Assembly (NCBI GenBank): GCA_038087875.1
Contig: CM075988.1
Span: forward strand, 20,896,001-20,960,000
Source: Malacoraja senta
Taxonomy: Eukaryota
Direction: 5' to 3'
Length of the DNA stretch: 64,000 nt
The position numbers and the translations under genes are program-made. A model generated the notes under the pieces. The model was not told where the DNA came from, ran no database searches, and was given only the letters and a program-made list of their open reading frames with translations. Positions 1-10,961 of this stretch are shown piece after piece. The first letter of the stretch is position 1. The number at the start of each line of letters is the position of its first letter.

Positions 1-346
1 TGGATAGGTGACGTTTCACAGAGTGCTGGAAAAACTCAGCGGGACAGGCAGCATCTTTGGAGGACATGGATAGGTGACGTTTCACAGAGTGCTGGAGTAA
101 CTCAGCGGGACAGGTAGCATCTCTGGAGAACATGGATAGGTGAAGTTTCACAGAATGCCGGAAAAACTCAGCGGGACAGGCAGCATCTCTGGAGGACATG
201 GATAGGTGAAGTTTCACAGAGTGCTGGAAAAACTCAGCGGGACAGGCAGCATCTCTGGAGGACATGGATAGGTGATGTTTCACAGAGTGCTGGAGTAACT
301 CAACGGGACAGTAGCATCTCTGGAGAACATGGATAGGTGACGTTTC
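1..346. repeat. 66-bp tandem minisatellite (at least 5.2 units, truncated by the window start) derived from a PLE 3' end
   Basis: Unit TGGATAGGTGACGTTTCACAGAGTGCTGGA..CTCAGCGGGACAGGCAGCATCTCTGGAG.ACA restarts at 1, 67, 133, 199, 265 and 330; same sequence as the dispersed PLE tails. Confidence 0.95.
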
Positions 347-661
347 AGGTCAGGACCCTGCTTCCCTATCCATGATTTCCAGGATCGGATCGAGACTACA
401 GAAAGGTCCCGACAAGGAACATTATCTGTCCATGTTCCCCAGAGATGTTGCCTGACTAGCTGAGCTCGTCCATCACTTTACGTCTCTCTGTTTCAAGATC
501 TTTGCACTTTGCTAAGGCTTATTTTTATGATCTTAGCAAAGCATGCACGGGATACATCTCCAAGGTAATATTAATTTATTTACAATCATTGGGCTAAATT
601 TAATACATTTGTCCGTTTTCATGAAATGTTGGCAGTTCTAGCTTTCTTTCTTCCCCACCCC

Positions 662-802
662 AGCAATCAGTCTGCAGAGAGGGTCCCAACCTAAAATGTC
701 ACCGATCTATGTTCTACAGGAATGCTGCCTGACCTGCTGGGTCTCTCCAGCACTTTGTGTCTTTCCTTGATAAACCAGCATCTACAGTTCCTTGTATCTT
801 CA
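662..802 (+). mobile_element. PLE 3' end, degenerate
   Basis: Matches the consensus CAGTCTGAAGAAGGGTC..ACCCGAAACGTCACC..GATGCTGCCTGACC..CTCCAGCA..CCAGCATCTGCAGTTCC. Confidence 0.7.
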
Positions 803-877
803 AGAAATGTTTATTGCACATTTATGTGTATTTAATCAAACTTTCCTCTCTTTAATAGGTTGACAAGAACTACAATG

Positions 878-1007
878 GAGACACGAGAGACTGCAAATCT
901 CTGGAATCTTAAGCAAAGAATGATGTGCCGGAGGAACTCAACGGGTCAGGCAGCATCTGTGGAGGGAAATGGACAGATGTTGTTTCAGGTTGGGACCCTT
1001 CTTCAGA
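878..1007 (-). mobile_element. PLE 3' end
   Basis: Reverse complement of the same consensus, ending CCCTTCTTCAGA. Confidence 0.7.
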
Positions 1008-1096
1008 AAATAACTACATTTGTAATGTATACCTCATAATCACACGAGGAAGCCATTTCCTTAATTTATGATCACAAATCAAAATAGCTAGTGGGA

Positions 1097-1404
1097 CAGC
1101 ACGGTGGCGCAGCGGTAGAGTTTCTGCCTTACAGCGCCAGAGACCCGGGTTCAATCTTCACTTTGGGTGCTGTCTGTACGGAGTTTGTATGTTCTCCCCG
1201 TGACCTGCATAGGTTTTCTCCGGGAGCTGCAGTTTCCTCCCACACCCCAAAGGTGTACAGGTTTGTAAGTTAATTGGCTTGGTAAAATTGTAAATTGTCC
1301 CTTGCGTGTGTGGGATAGTGTTAATGCGCGGGGATCGCTGGTCGGCCCGGACTCGGTGGGCCAAAGGGCCTGTTTCCGCGCTGTATCTCTAAACTAAACT
1401 AAAT
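1097..1404 (+). mobile_element. tRNA-derived SINE (HE1/V-SINE type), full length
   Basis: A-box TGGCGCAGCGG, B-box GGTTCAATC, central TCCCCGTGACC..GTTTCCTCCCAC domain, CR1-like tail GGGCCAAAGGGCCTGTTTCC and (CTAAA)n end. Confidence 0.85.
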
Positions 1405-2296
1405 CAGTTATTATTCCAAACACAAAAAGCTGGTTTCATCACGATCCTTCATAGCTTTCCCCCCTTCTAAATACATTGGTAGATTTGTTGTAATTTAGAG
1501 GCCATTTAGAAACTGGGAGATAATTCCTATGAAACCAATCTCAAAAATAAAAACAAAACGTCCAGGATTCTAAAAGTGTGTGATTAGTCATGTTACCATT
1601 CCCTTAAATGGAAATAGATTCAGCGCGCACTCTGTCAAATTGACACTGGTGCACATATCTATACAAGATGCCAAGCACATTCAATCTTGTTCCACTTGTT
1701 TCCAGAGGTTATTATATATTTTATCCTGTCCCCACATACAGTTGAAGCTCACAGTGACAGGAACATGAAAAATAGCAGAATCAACACTATGTGTAGAATA
1801 CCATTCACTACTCCGAAGATTCTGTGGACCACAATATATCTTTTTTTTTAAATACTATGGCGTATTTATTACTCAGGTATTCTCACTTCTGGAGCACCTG
1901 CTAATCCAGTTCCAGAATGTTTTTTTTAACATTTTCACAAGTCAATAATGAAGAATATGCCTTCCGAATTTAATTCTGTTGTACGTCCACCTTTCTTTGT
2001 TCAGAATATTGCTTGCAAATGACTGGCCCACTTCCGCCTAGTCTGCAGATCAGGGTTTGGACCTGTCAAGAAGTCTGGTTGCCATATCAACTCATCCAAT
2101 TTACTGCTCCATCGTTTATGGGTGCTCCACAGTAACCTCTACATAGCTGCTGATCTCATGCAAAAGACGTTATCCAAATCCCGTAACCTTGCAAGCTCAA
2201 AAACAAGTTATTCCCACCTTTTTGAAGTTTCAAAGCTACCGGCAGATTTTTAGAACATGGCTGGAAGAGTGCTTCAATGCGCAGCTTTGTACCTCT

Positions 2297-2796
2297 CACG
2301 TTCTCCCTGTCACCGCATGGGTTTTCTTTGGGTGCTCCAGGTTCCTCACACATTCCAAAGCCGCGTAGGTTTGTCGGTTAATTGCCGCTGGTATGTAGGA
2401 GGGAACTAGTGATTACTGGTCGGCACGGACTCGGTGGGTCGAAGGGCCTACAGTATTTCCACACCGCATCTCTAAACTCCAAATGACTTAGAGAGCGGCA
2501 CGGCGGCGCAGCAGTAGAGTTGCTGCCTAACAGCACCACAGTCCCATGTTCAATCCTGACTGTGGGTGCTGTCTTATATGCAGTTTATAAGTTCTCCCAG
2601 TGATTGCATGGGTTTCCTCTGGGTGATCTGGTTTTCTTCTACAGTCCAAAGACGTACAGGTTTGTACCTTAATTGGCTTTGGTAAAATTTGCAACTAGTT
2701 CTTAGTGTGTAAGATAGTGCTAGTGTATGGAGTAATCGCTACTCGGCAAGGACTCAGTGGGCTGAAGGGCCTGTTTCGTCACTGAATCACTAAACT
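2297..2796 (+). mobile_element. Two adjacent HE1-type SINEs (partial 2297-2480, full 2496-2796)
   Basis: Same consensus as 1097-1404. Confidence 0.8.
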
Positions 2797-2957
2797 GTAA
2801 AGAATGATCTCAAAGTGTGACTTTAGTCCTGAGACACATCTAGTGTGAATACTATAGACCCATACGATGCCAACTAAAGGTTCCCCTTTAAGCGGCAGCA
2901 ATGAGACACCTTGATTGTAACTCAGGTTGTCTTTGACATTAAGCTCAGCAGTCCATA

Positions 2958-3380
2958 TAAGACCATGAGACTATAAGACATAGGAGCAGAATTAGGCCAT
3001 TCGGCCCATCAAGTCTACTCCACCATTCAATCATGGCTGATCTATCTTTCCCCCTCAACCCCATTCTCCTGCCTTCGCCCCATAACCCCTGACACCCGTA
3101 CTAATCACATTTGTGCCTTAAAAATATCCATTGACGTGGCCTCCACAACCATCTGTGGCAAAGAATTCCACAGATTCACCACCCTCTGACTAAAGAAAAT
3201 CCTTTTCATCTCCTTTCCCTCTCAACCCCATCTCCTGCCTTCTCCCCGTAACCTTTGACACTCTTCCTGATCAAGAACCTATCAACCTTCGTTTTTTTTA
3301 AATACCCAATGTCTTGGCCTCCATAGCCGTCCAATGAATTCCACAGATTCACCACCCTCTGGCTGAAGAAATTCCTCCTC
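2958..3380 (-). mobile_element. CR1/HER1 LINE 3' fragments, two tandem pieces
   Basis: Reverse complement of CAGAGGGTGGTGAATCTGTGGAATTC (QRVVNLWNSL) plus the 3' UTR hairpin GGGCCGAATGGCCT. Confidence 0.8.
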
Positions 3381-4018
3381 AAATTTGTTTTTTATGCTTC
3401 CTTGAACAATATTCTTCGCTTGGTTATCAAAGTGAATTTTCACATTGTTTAAAGTAGATTTGCGGGTTCGCTGTGTCACCTTGTCAAATGCATTGTACAC
3501 AGCTATTTAATTTGGATGAATTCCTTGTGTTTAACATTTGACCACCAGAAATCATTCAGATTGGACGGCTGTATAAATTTAAAATAATTTATTAATAAGT
3601 GAACATTTGTTAATTATTTAAGAAATGACCCACGCACTTAATAGAAAGTGATATTGTGTACATAGGGCACACTGACTTCTGAAGCATTCACCAGTAGAAC
3701 ATTAGCTTTTAATATACTGTTTATTTAGCAGAGGCAAATCAATATTTAACAGGTATGTGGTTATGTAAAGTAAATGTTTTTACTTTTGAAGGTTAACGTT
3801 TAACTCTAAAAATGCATGCACCAAACATGAATCATGAAATCACCTCTATCAATACTTAATCAATATGAAAATAAGCTTTTTTGCAATATGTTTTAATTGC
3901 AGAAATATCCCAAACCTTCAAATACTGGGTTAAGGGGTTGAAGTGGAAGATTCAGTGAGAATATTATATGATATCACACTGTTTTACCTATTGTTTAATG
4001 TAAGGAACTTGACTCTTA

Positions 4019-4581
4019 AGGGGCTGTCGCACTTGGGCGACCTAATTGGCAAGTTTAGAAGAGTTTGAAAACATGACATGTTGAAGACCTCCTTCGACCA
4101 TGTTGAAGACCTCCTTCGACCTCCTTCGACTATGTTGAAGACCAGCTTCGACTAGCTACTACTAACTTCAGGAAAATTGGACACCGAATAGTGGAGAGTG
4201 AAGACGACCTCCTTCGATCTCCTTCGACCTCCCTTCGACTATGATGAAGACTATCTACGACTACCTTCGACTACCTTCAACTACCTTCAATTACCCTTGA
4301 TTACCTACGACTAACATGCCGACCTACTACGACTAAACCTATGAGTAAAAAAAGTATCGATTTTTTTCCATGGCGACCTTTTTTTACTCGCGGGCATTTT
4401 TTAACATATTGAAAAAAACGCCGCAATCTAGCTGAGGCCTCGAGTACGCAGAGACCATTCTCGAGCATGAAGGAGAGTTACGACGACCTCCTACAACTTT
4501 GTGTCGACCATGCTGCGAATATGTGTCGAGGGCAAACTCGCCAGAACTCGCGGATTAGGTCGCCCAAGTGGGACAGGCCCT
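4019..4581. mobile_element. PIF/Harbinger-type MITE, family A
   Basis: About 28-bp TIRs AGGGGCTGTCGCACTTGGGCGACCTAAT / ATTAGGTCGCCCAAGTGGGACAGGCCCT; TTA TSD at 4016-4018 and 4582-4584; internal CCTTCGA/CTACGA microrepeats. Confidence 0.85.
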
Positions 4582-4724
4582 TTAGCTTTGGCACAAACTA
4601 GTCATACTTTGAGGTTCTGGTAAAGAAAGGTTAATTTTTCTTTTCATCTTTTCAGAGATGGTGTATTAAAATTTGTACTTCCAGAACTGTAACGAATAAA
4701 TAGAAATGGAATACCTCACCTCTT

Positions 4725-4856
4725 TGTGCAGGAGGGAACTGCAGATGCTGGCTTACACCGAAGATAGGCACAAAATGCTGGAGTAACTCAACATGTCAGG
4801 CAGCATCTCTGGAGAAAAGGAACAGGTGATGTTTTGGGCCATGACTCTTCTTCACA
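4725..4856 (-). mobile_element. PLE 3' end
   Basis: GGAACTGCAGATGCTGG..TGCTGGAGTAACTCA..GGCAGCATCTCTGG consensus. Confidence 0.7.
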
Positions 4857-5509
4857 CTCTTCTCCCCCCTCTATAATATTCAACTTTCATCATCTATCTC
4901 ACTTTAAGAACATGATGAATTCCAATTCAAACGTCTCTTTTACTATTTTAAATTAATTCTGACCAGCTTCTGTGGGTCAGTTTGAGCAATCATTTGTCAG
5001 TGAATAAAAACGCTCTTGTAATTAAAAGATTATTGATGCTCATTTAATTTTATTTTTTAACTTTAGTGAACACTTTGAGCCAAATAACATTTTAGGTCTT
5101 TAGACAAAATGTCATTTTGGAGTGTACATTTGTAGCAAAGACCAAATATGTTCCACATTAATATAGGATGATTCCATCTGCCACTCGTGGCAAAGAGCCA
5201 GGAATGTTTGATAAAACACAGGGCTCAAAATGGATTTTTGGCTAATTCAGGCTTCATGCCGAATGGATTCATCTGGGAGAAAAAAAGTTTGTTTACTGAT
5301 AGAACTGTAGAAACTAGTGAAGAATTATTTTCCCTCTATAATATTTAATTGGTATATACAGAACGTTTAGTTTAGTTTAGAGAAACAGCGCGGAAACAGG
5401 CCCTTCGGCCTACCGTATCTGCACCGATCAGCGATCCCCGCACACTAACCTACACACACTGGGGATAATTTATATTTATACCAAACCAATTAACCTTCAC
5501 ACCTGTATG

Positions 5510-6170
5510 AAAGCGAATGGTATGTTAGCTTTCATAGCAAAAGGATTTGAGTATAGGAGCAGGGAGGTTCTACTGCAGTTGTACAGGGTCTTGGTGAGAC
5601 CACACCTGGAGTATTGCGTACAGTTTTGGTCTCCAAATCTGAGGAAGGACATTATTGCCATAGAGGGAGTGCAGAGAAGGTTCACCAGACTGATTCCTGG
5701 GATGTCAGGACTGTCTTATGAAGAAAGACTGGATAGACTTGGTTTATACTCTCTAGAATTTAGGAGATTGAGAGGGGATCTTATAGAAACTTACAAAATT
5801 CTTAAGGGGTTGGACAGGCTAGATGCAGGAAGATTGCTCCCGATGTTGGGGAAGTCCAGGACAAGGGGTCACAGCTTAAGGATAAGGGGGAAATCCTTTA
5901 AAACCGAGATGAGAAGAACTTTTTTCACACAGAGAGTGGTGAATCTCTGGAACTCTCTGCCACAGAGGGTAGTCGAGGCCAGTTCATTGGCTATATTTAA
6001 AAGGGAGCTAGATGTGGCCCTTGTGGCTAATGGGATCAGAGGGTATGGAGAGAAGGCAGGTACGGGATACTGAGTTGGATGATCAGCCATGATCATATTG
6101 AATGGCGGTGCAGGCTCGAAGGGCCGAATGGCCTACTCCTGCACCTAATTTCTATGCTTCTATGTTTCTA
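5510..6170 (+). mobile_element. 5'-truncated CR1/HER1 LINE: ORF2 C-terminus (ORF 5507-6073) plus 3' UTR
   Basis: [42 protein letters not shown] and FFTQRVVNLWNSLP are CR1 ORF2 C-terminal motifs; (TTTCTATG)n tail; TGTATG on both flanks. Confidence 0.92.
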
Positions 6171-6247
6171 TGTATGTCTTTGGAGAGTGGGAGGAAGCTG
6201 GAGATCTCAGAGAAAACCCATACAGGTCACGGGGAGAACTTACAAAC

Positions 6248-8134
6248 TAGCGTTGTTACAAAACCTACCATCAGCGGCGCTCCAGATCTGCCACTGCCTG
6301 CGCGTGCGATTCCGGAGGCTTTGGGGGGGGGGCACGATTAAAATGCAGGTTTGCATTGGTTGTCGGAGAGGGATTTCCTTGGGGCTGCTAGCTGATTGAG
6401 AAAATCCGTACGCCCTTCCCTTCCCGGTTTAAAAAAAAATTAGCTGGACCATAGCGTCGCTGGATTGAACTTAAACACGACTAAAAACGCCTTCAACGCC
6501 TTCAACATCACGGATCGCAATATCAGGACAAAACAAAAGGTACGTTGTTTATTTAACATATTATCTTGCTTTTTGGTGTGGCTTCATTTTAATCTTATGA
6601 TGCGAAAAATGTTATTTATGCCCACATACGAATCGGCCATGTCTTGCCTGCCCATTGGGGCTTAAAATGTATGGCAACGGCAACATTCCAATCGATCACA
6701 TTCCAGAAACATCCACTCTCCAGATAATCAAATTCATTATTTTTTTGCACAATCATGTCATAAGAACATCTAAATCATCTATATTTTGTGTTATTGTCTA
6801 TCCATGATCAATATTTTCATACTAAATATCCACAGTACAGTTTTAGTCAGATGTATTGTGCAAAAAATAATGATTTTGATTATCTTGAGAGTGGATGTTT
6901 CTGGATTCATTATGGGAATTAAACATTAAATTCCTTCCATTTGGCATATAAATTCATGACAAAGTGAGATTTAAAAATCATGTTATATTGTGAATTCTTG
7001 TGTGAATGGGACCATTTTAAATTTGTTATTTGGATACTTAGGCTTTTTTTAAATGTTAGCCTTTTCTTAAGAAATGGACAGATGTTTAGATCTAGTAATT
7101 GAATTTAGATTAATTTAATTGATTAGATGAATTTGATGAAACTGATGAATATGAATTTTTTGTTGGGTATTTACTATTTGTTTTAGCGTTTAACTTTATA
7201 ATTTCTACCTTTTTTCTAAAATTGCAAATAATAACTTGTTTCTGTTAATGCTGTGCAGTGTTTTTTTTTCTTTACATTTTAAACAGATGTCTCTGAAGAA
7301 GAAATGCAAAATTGTCAATCCAAATGCCCAGCAAAAAGAGACTGATTTAGACAGCATTCGCAAAGATTATCCGAATTTGGACTATTCCAAATGTGATGAT
7401 CTGCAGGACATTCTTAATGGGAAAGTAGTGGGCAGAAAGGCATGTCATGTGTGGTTTGAAGAGCAAAAACTTGTAGTTTACAATGCCAAAATTGAAAAGT
7501 TGAGGAAAGACAAGGTGTACAGAGTTGCTTATTGGTTACAATCTGAGGAGTACGATGATGCTACTGATTATGATATGCCAATGTACCAGCTAGCAACTGA
7601 TCTTCTCCATAAAGACTTGATCTATTACTAGAAATTGTAATTTCTTTATTGTTATTATTCAGCATATAATAACAATAATATTAATGTTCTGATCTTGAGA
7701 ATATCACATTTTTGAATTTTCAGGGCAGTCTGGGTGTTTATTACTATTTCCGTCACAACGGTCTATTTTGTAATTAGCTACAATTAGGTAATTAACTAAT
7801 TATATGCTTTAATTTCAGGTCATCCAAGTAAGATGTTTCATATTTGTTTCAGAATGCTTCAATCTATAATAACTAAAAATGTCATTCAGTTCTCTTAATT
7901 TTTAAGAAAGTTATGGGCTTTTGACTGTCCTCGATCACAGCTTTTGTGTTAAGTCAATGGAAAAGCAATAGGGAACAACATGCTAATTTCCGAGTATGAA
8001 AATAACCATAACATTTTTAATACTGAAGATATGAAAGTGAATTAGGTATCAAATTAAAATTATTTTTATGCTTTATCTGATGGGATAAATTACAGGCTTG
8101 ATTTTTATAATCTCAAAATGTTGTAACATTCCTA
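6248..8134 (+). mobile_element. Non-autonomous DNA transposon, TAG...CTA termini, 7-bp TSD (hAT-like; superfamily uncertain)
   Basis: TSD TACAAAC at 6241-6247 and 8135-8141; imperfect TIRs TAGCGTTGTTACAAAA vs TAGGAATGTTACAACA (12/16); interrupts a SINE. Confidence 0.8.
7287..7631 (+). CDS. Transposon-borne 114-aa ORF/exon, putative Tudor/Spindlin(Spin-Ssty)-like domain
   Basis: Open frame in very AT-rich DNA; ATG lies immediately after a polypyrimidine tract plus ACAG acceptor; pattern VGRKACHVW..YNAKI..YRVAY..LATDL..DL. Domain call is by eye only. Confidence 0.55.
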   Translation: MSLKKKCKIVNPNAQQKETDLDSIRKDYPNLDYSKCDDLQDILNGKVVGRKACHVWFEEQKLVVYNAKIEKLRKDKVYRVAYWLQSEEYDDATDYDMPMYQLATDLLHKDLIYY

Positions 8135-8249
8135 TACAAACCCCATGCAGACAGCACCCGTAGTCGGGATCGAACCCGGGTCTCTGGCACTGCAGGCGCT
8201 GTAAGGCAGCAAATCTACCGCTGCGCCACCGTGCCGCCCATTTGTACGG

Positions 8250-8535
8250 AATGTAGAAACAAGGAACTGTAGATGATGGTTTACATAAAAGGACACAAGT
8301 GCTGGAGTAACTCAGCGGGTCAAGCAGCAACTCTGGAAATCTTGGATAGGGAAGAAGGGTCCCAACCTGAAGATAGACACAAGTGCTGGAGTAACTCAGC
8401 GGGTCAGGCAGCAACTCTGGAAATCTTGGATAGGGAAGAAGGGTCCCAACCTGAAACGTTACTGAAACATGTTCTCCAGAGATGCTGTCTGACCCACCGA
8501 GATACTCCAGCACTTTGTGTCTATCTTTGCTACAC
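8250..8535. mobile_element. PLE tail inverted pair with an internal tandem duplication of about 82 bp
   Basis: GACACAAGTGCTGG..AACCTGAA occurs twice (about 8292-8370 and 8376-8455), followed by an oppositely oriented tail. Confidence 0.75.
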
Positions 8536-8905
8536 ACTGCTTCAGTGCTTGGCTCCCTGTCTCAACCCAGAAAAGTCCCACTGAAGGGTTCGAGGTTAGC
8601 TCTGGTTCACACTGGATCAAATACTGCTCTCAACTTTCCTCCCATTTGTGAAGTCTGTTGCTACGGTCTACAGATCGAGGAGAGCGTTTAAACCAATATT
8701 CAGCAGCTGCTTTCCATGGTGTACGCCAAGAGCTACTCTCGTGGTTATCCAAGTACGCTGACTCATGAAATTAACAAGTAAATATAACTTCACATCATTG
8801 ATTATTGCAATGATTAGTGGTTAGCGCAATGGACTACTTGGAAACGTTCAACTTTGGTGTTTGTAGGCTGTTTGAGACCAGAAAAGGTATTCCCAGACAC
8901 ACTGC

Positions 8906-9186
8906 AGACACAAGGAACTGTAGATACTGGAATCTTAAGCAAGAAACAAACTGCTGGAGGAACTCAGCAGCTCAGGCAGCATCTGTGGAGGGAAATTTAA
9001 GGTCTGGACCCTACTTCAGATTGATTGTTTCAAGACAGAACCCTTCTTGACAATCAGTCTTAACAAAGGCCTTGACCCAAAACATAATTTATCCATTCCC
9101 TCCACAAATGCTGCCTGATCAGATGAGTTCCTCCAGCACACTGTGTTTTGTTTAAGTTTCCAGCATCTGTAATCGCTTGTGTCTCC
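8906..9186. mobile_element. PLE tail inverted pair
   Basis: Minus copy 8906-9030 followed by plus copy 9048-9186. Confidence 0.7.
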
Positions 9187-10567
9187 AGTATATAGAGTCA
9201 TGGAGTCATACAGCTTGGAAACAGGCCCTTTGGCCCAACTTGCCCGTGTTGATCAAGAAGCCCCATCTACACTAGCTGTTCAAGCATGCTGTTCAAACAA
9301 ATCAGATATACATTACATACATACAATCTAATCAAACTCAAGTACATTAGGTAGAGCAAAGGGGAAGATACAGAGTGCAGAATACAGTTCTCAGCATTCT
9401 CGTGCATCAGTTCCAGAGACAAAGTCCAACGTCTGCAATGGGGTAGAGGTGAATCGGACAATACCCTAGCTTAAGGAAGGACTGTTCAGAAACGTTATAA
9501 CAGGGGAAGAAGCTGTTCTCTGACATCTTGCGAAATAAGATCATCGAGTAAATTGTCTGAACTTGAATTCCATCTTGTTAATGTGATTTGCAAATTGGAG
9601 ATGATTACAATCCTTGGCATATTTTAATGGGGCGATATAATTTAATAGCAAAACCAGGCAGGCTAGAAATTCAGTAACATATTATGCAGATGTTCCTGAT
9701 GTAGACATGCTGTTTACCAACATTGTGTCTTAATTACAGCTTCACATATGGTCCTGATTAAGCCTGTAATTCTAACAAGGCAGATGTTGCCAATTGACAA
9801 ACACTATGGATATTTCTAGGGTGCAGAGATGCCATTTGCTTAAGTATTGCCAAGAGCCAGTTTAATGCCATTTGCCCTGAGTCTATTTTGGCAATGAAGG
9901 GGAGGTTTGCTTCGAACCTTCCGATTCCGTGTACCTCCTTCAATCTCTCAATGCAGAACAACCTAACAGTGGGTGAAGTGAATTTTGTTAGATGGAAGAT
10001 GTGAAGTACTTGGTAATCCGAGTGTCTTTGTCTACTGCAAAGGTTAAAGCAGGTTTTTCAGCTAAAATGGAGTTGTCTGCTTTTCGCACTCACCGGGCAA
10101 GCAGGCTCACTTAGAAAAACAATGAAGTGCTTAGGAAAATAATCGTGCGCACTTGGAAGAGTTAGTAAATCACGGGGCGTCAGGTCATGTCGCCTCAAAG
10201 ACGCGCAGTAGTAAAACAAGAGAAACTTTTCTTCCCAGAGACATCCGAGATTTACCTCGATAATCCCCGAATAATCCCTAAATAACCCCTGTTCTCATCA
10301 CTATGCTTCAATAACATAGTTGACTGTTGTTTGTAGACTAAGGCAGAACTGTGGGTTTGTTGAGTATATAAATGCATGCTTAAAGTGGGCTCGCGGTACC
10401 TCACCTTGGTTCTGGAATGATGCCAGGACATGCAAGTTCTCCAGACTATCCATAACGAGCATGAGTGCCCAATGGGTAGATGTTGGTGAGACTCCTTGCT
10501 ACCATCTACCGCATGCATGTTGGTATTGGTCTATTATTGTCATGTGTACCAAGATACAGTGAAAAGT

Positions 10568-10953
10568 TAGACAATAGACAATAGACAATAGGTGCAGGAG
10601 TAGGCCATTCGGCCCTTCGAGCCAGCACCGCCATTCAATGTGATCATGGCTGACCATCCCCAATCAGTACCCCGTTCCTGCCTTCTCCCCATATCCCCTG
10701 ACTCCGCTATTTTTAAGAGCCTTATCTAGCTCTCTCTTGAAAACATCCAGAGAACCCGCCTCCACCGCCCTCTGAGGCAGAGAATTCCACAGACTCACCA
10801 CTCTCTGTGAGAAAAAGTGTTTCCTCGTCTCCGTTCTAAATGGCTTACTCCTTATTCTTAAACTGTGGCCCCTGGTTCTGGACTCCCCCAACATCGGGAA
10901 CATGTTTCCTGCCTCTAGCGTGTCCAAGCCCTTAACAATCATATATGTTTCAA
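10568..10953 (-). mobile_element. CR1/HER1 LINE 3' end, (CTATTGT)n-tail subfamily
   Basis: ORF 10664-11032(-) contains SRTRGHSL..FFSQRVVSLWNSLP..GYGEKAGTGY; tail (AGACAAT)n on the + strand. Confidence 0.9.
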
Positions 10954-10961
10954 GTTGTAGG

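Larger units (their letters stand above)
5366..8239 (-). mobile_element. One HE1-type SINE split into three pieces (5366-5509, 6171-6247, 8135-8239) by two insertions
   Basis: The pieces join colinearly into a complete SINE once the CR1 and DNA-transposon inserts and their TSDs are removed. Confidence 0.85.

Noticed and set aside
1..346. CRISPR array
   Set aside because: No unique spacers; whole units repeat; vertebrate retroelement context.
1097..1170. tRNA genes at SINE heads
   Set aside because: Only A/B boxes are present; each continues into a SINE body and lacks a complete cloverleaf.
5507..6073. 188-aa ORF as a host gene
   Set aside because: It is the CR1 ORF2 C-terminus; the ATG is created by the TSD junction.
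7700..7860. Additional micro-exons in the transposon (TTTCAG|GTCATCCAA|GTAAG)
   Set aside because: Splice-like signals are common in AT-rich DNA and there is no supporting frame.
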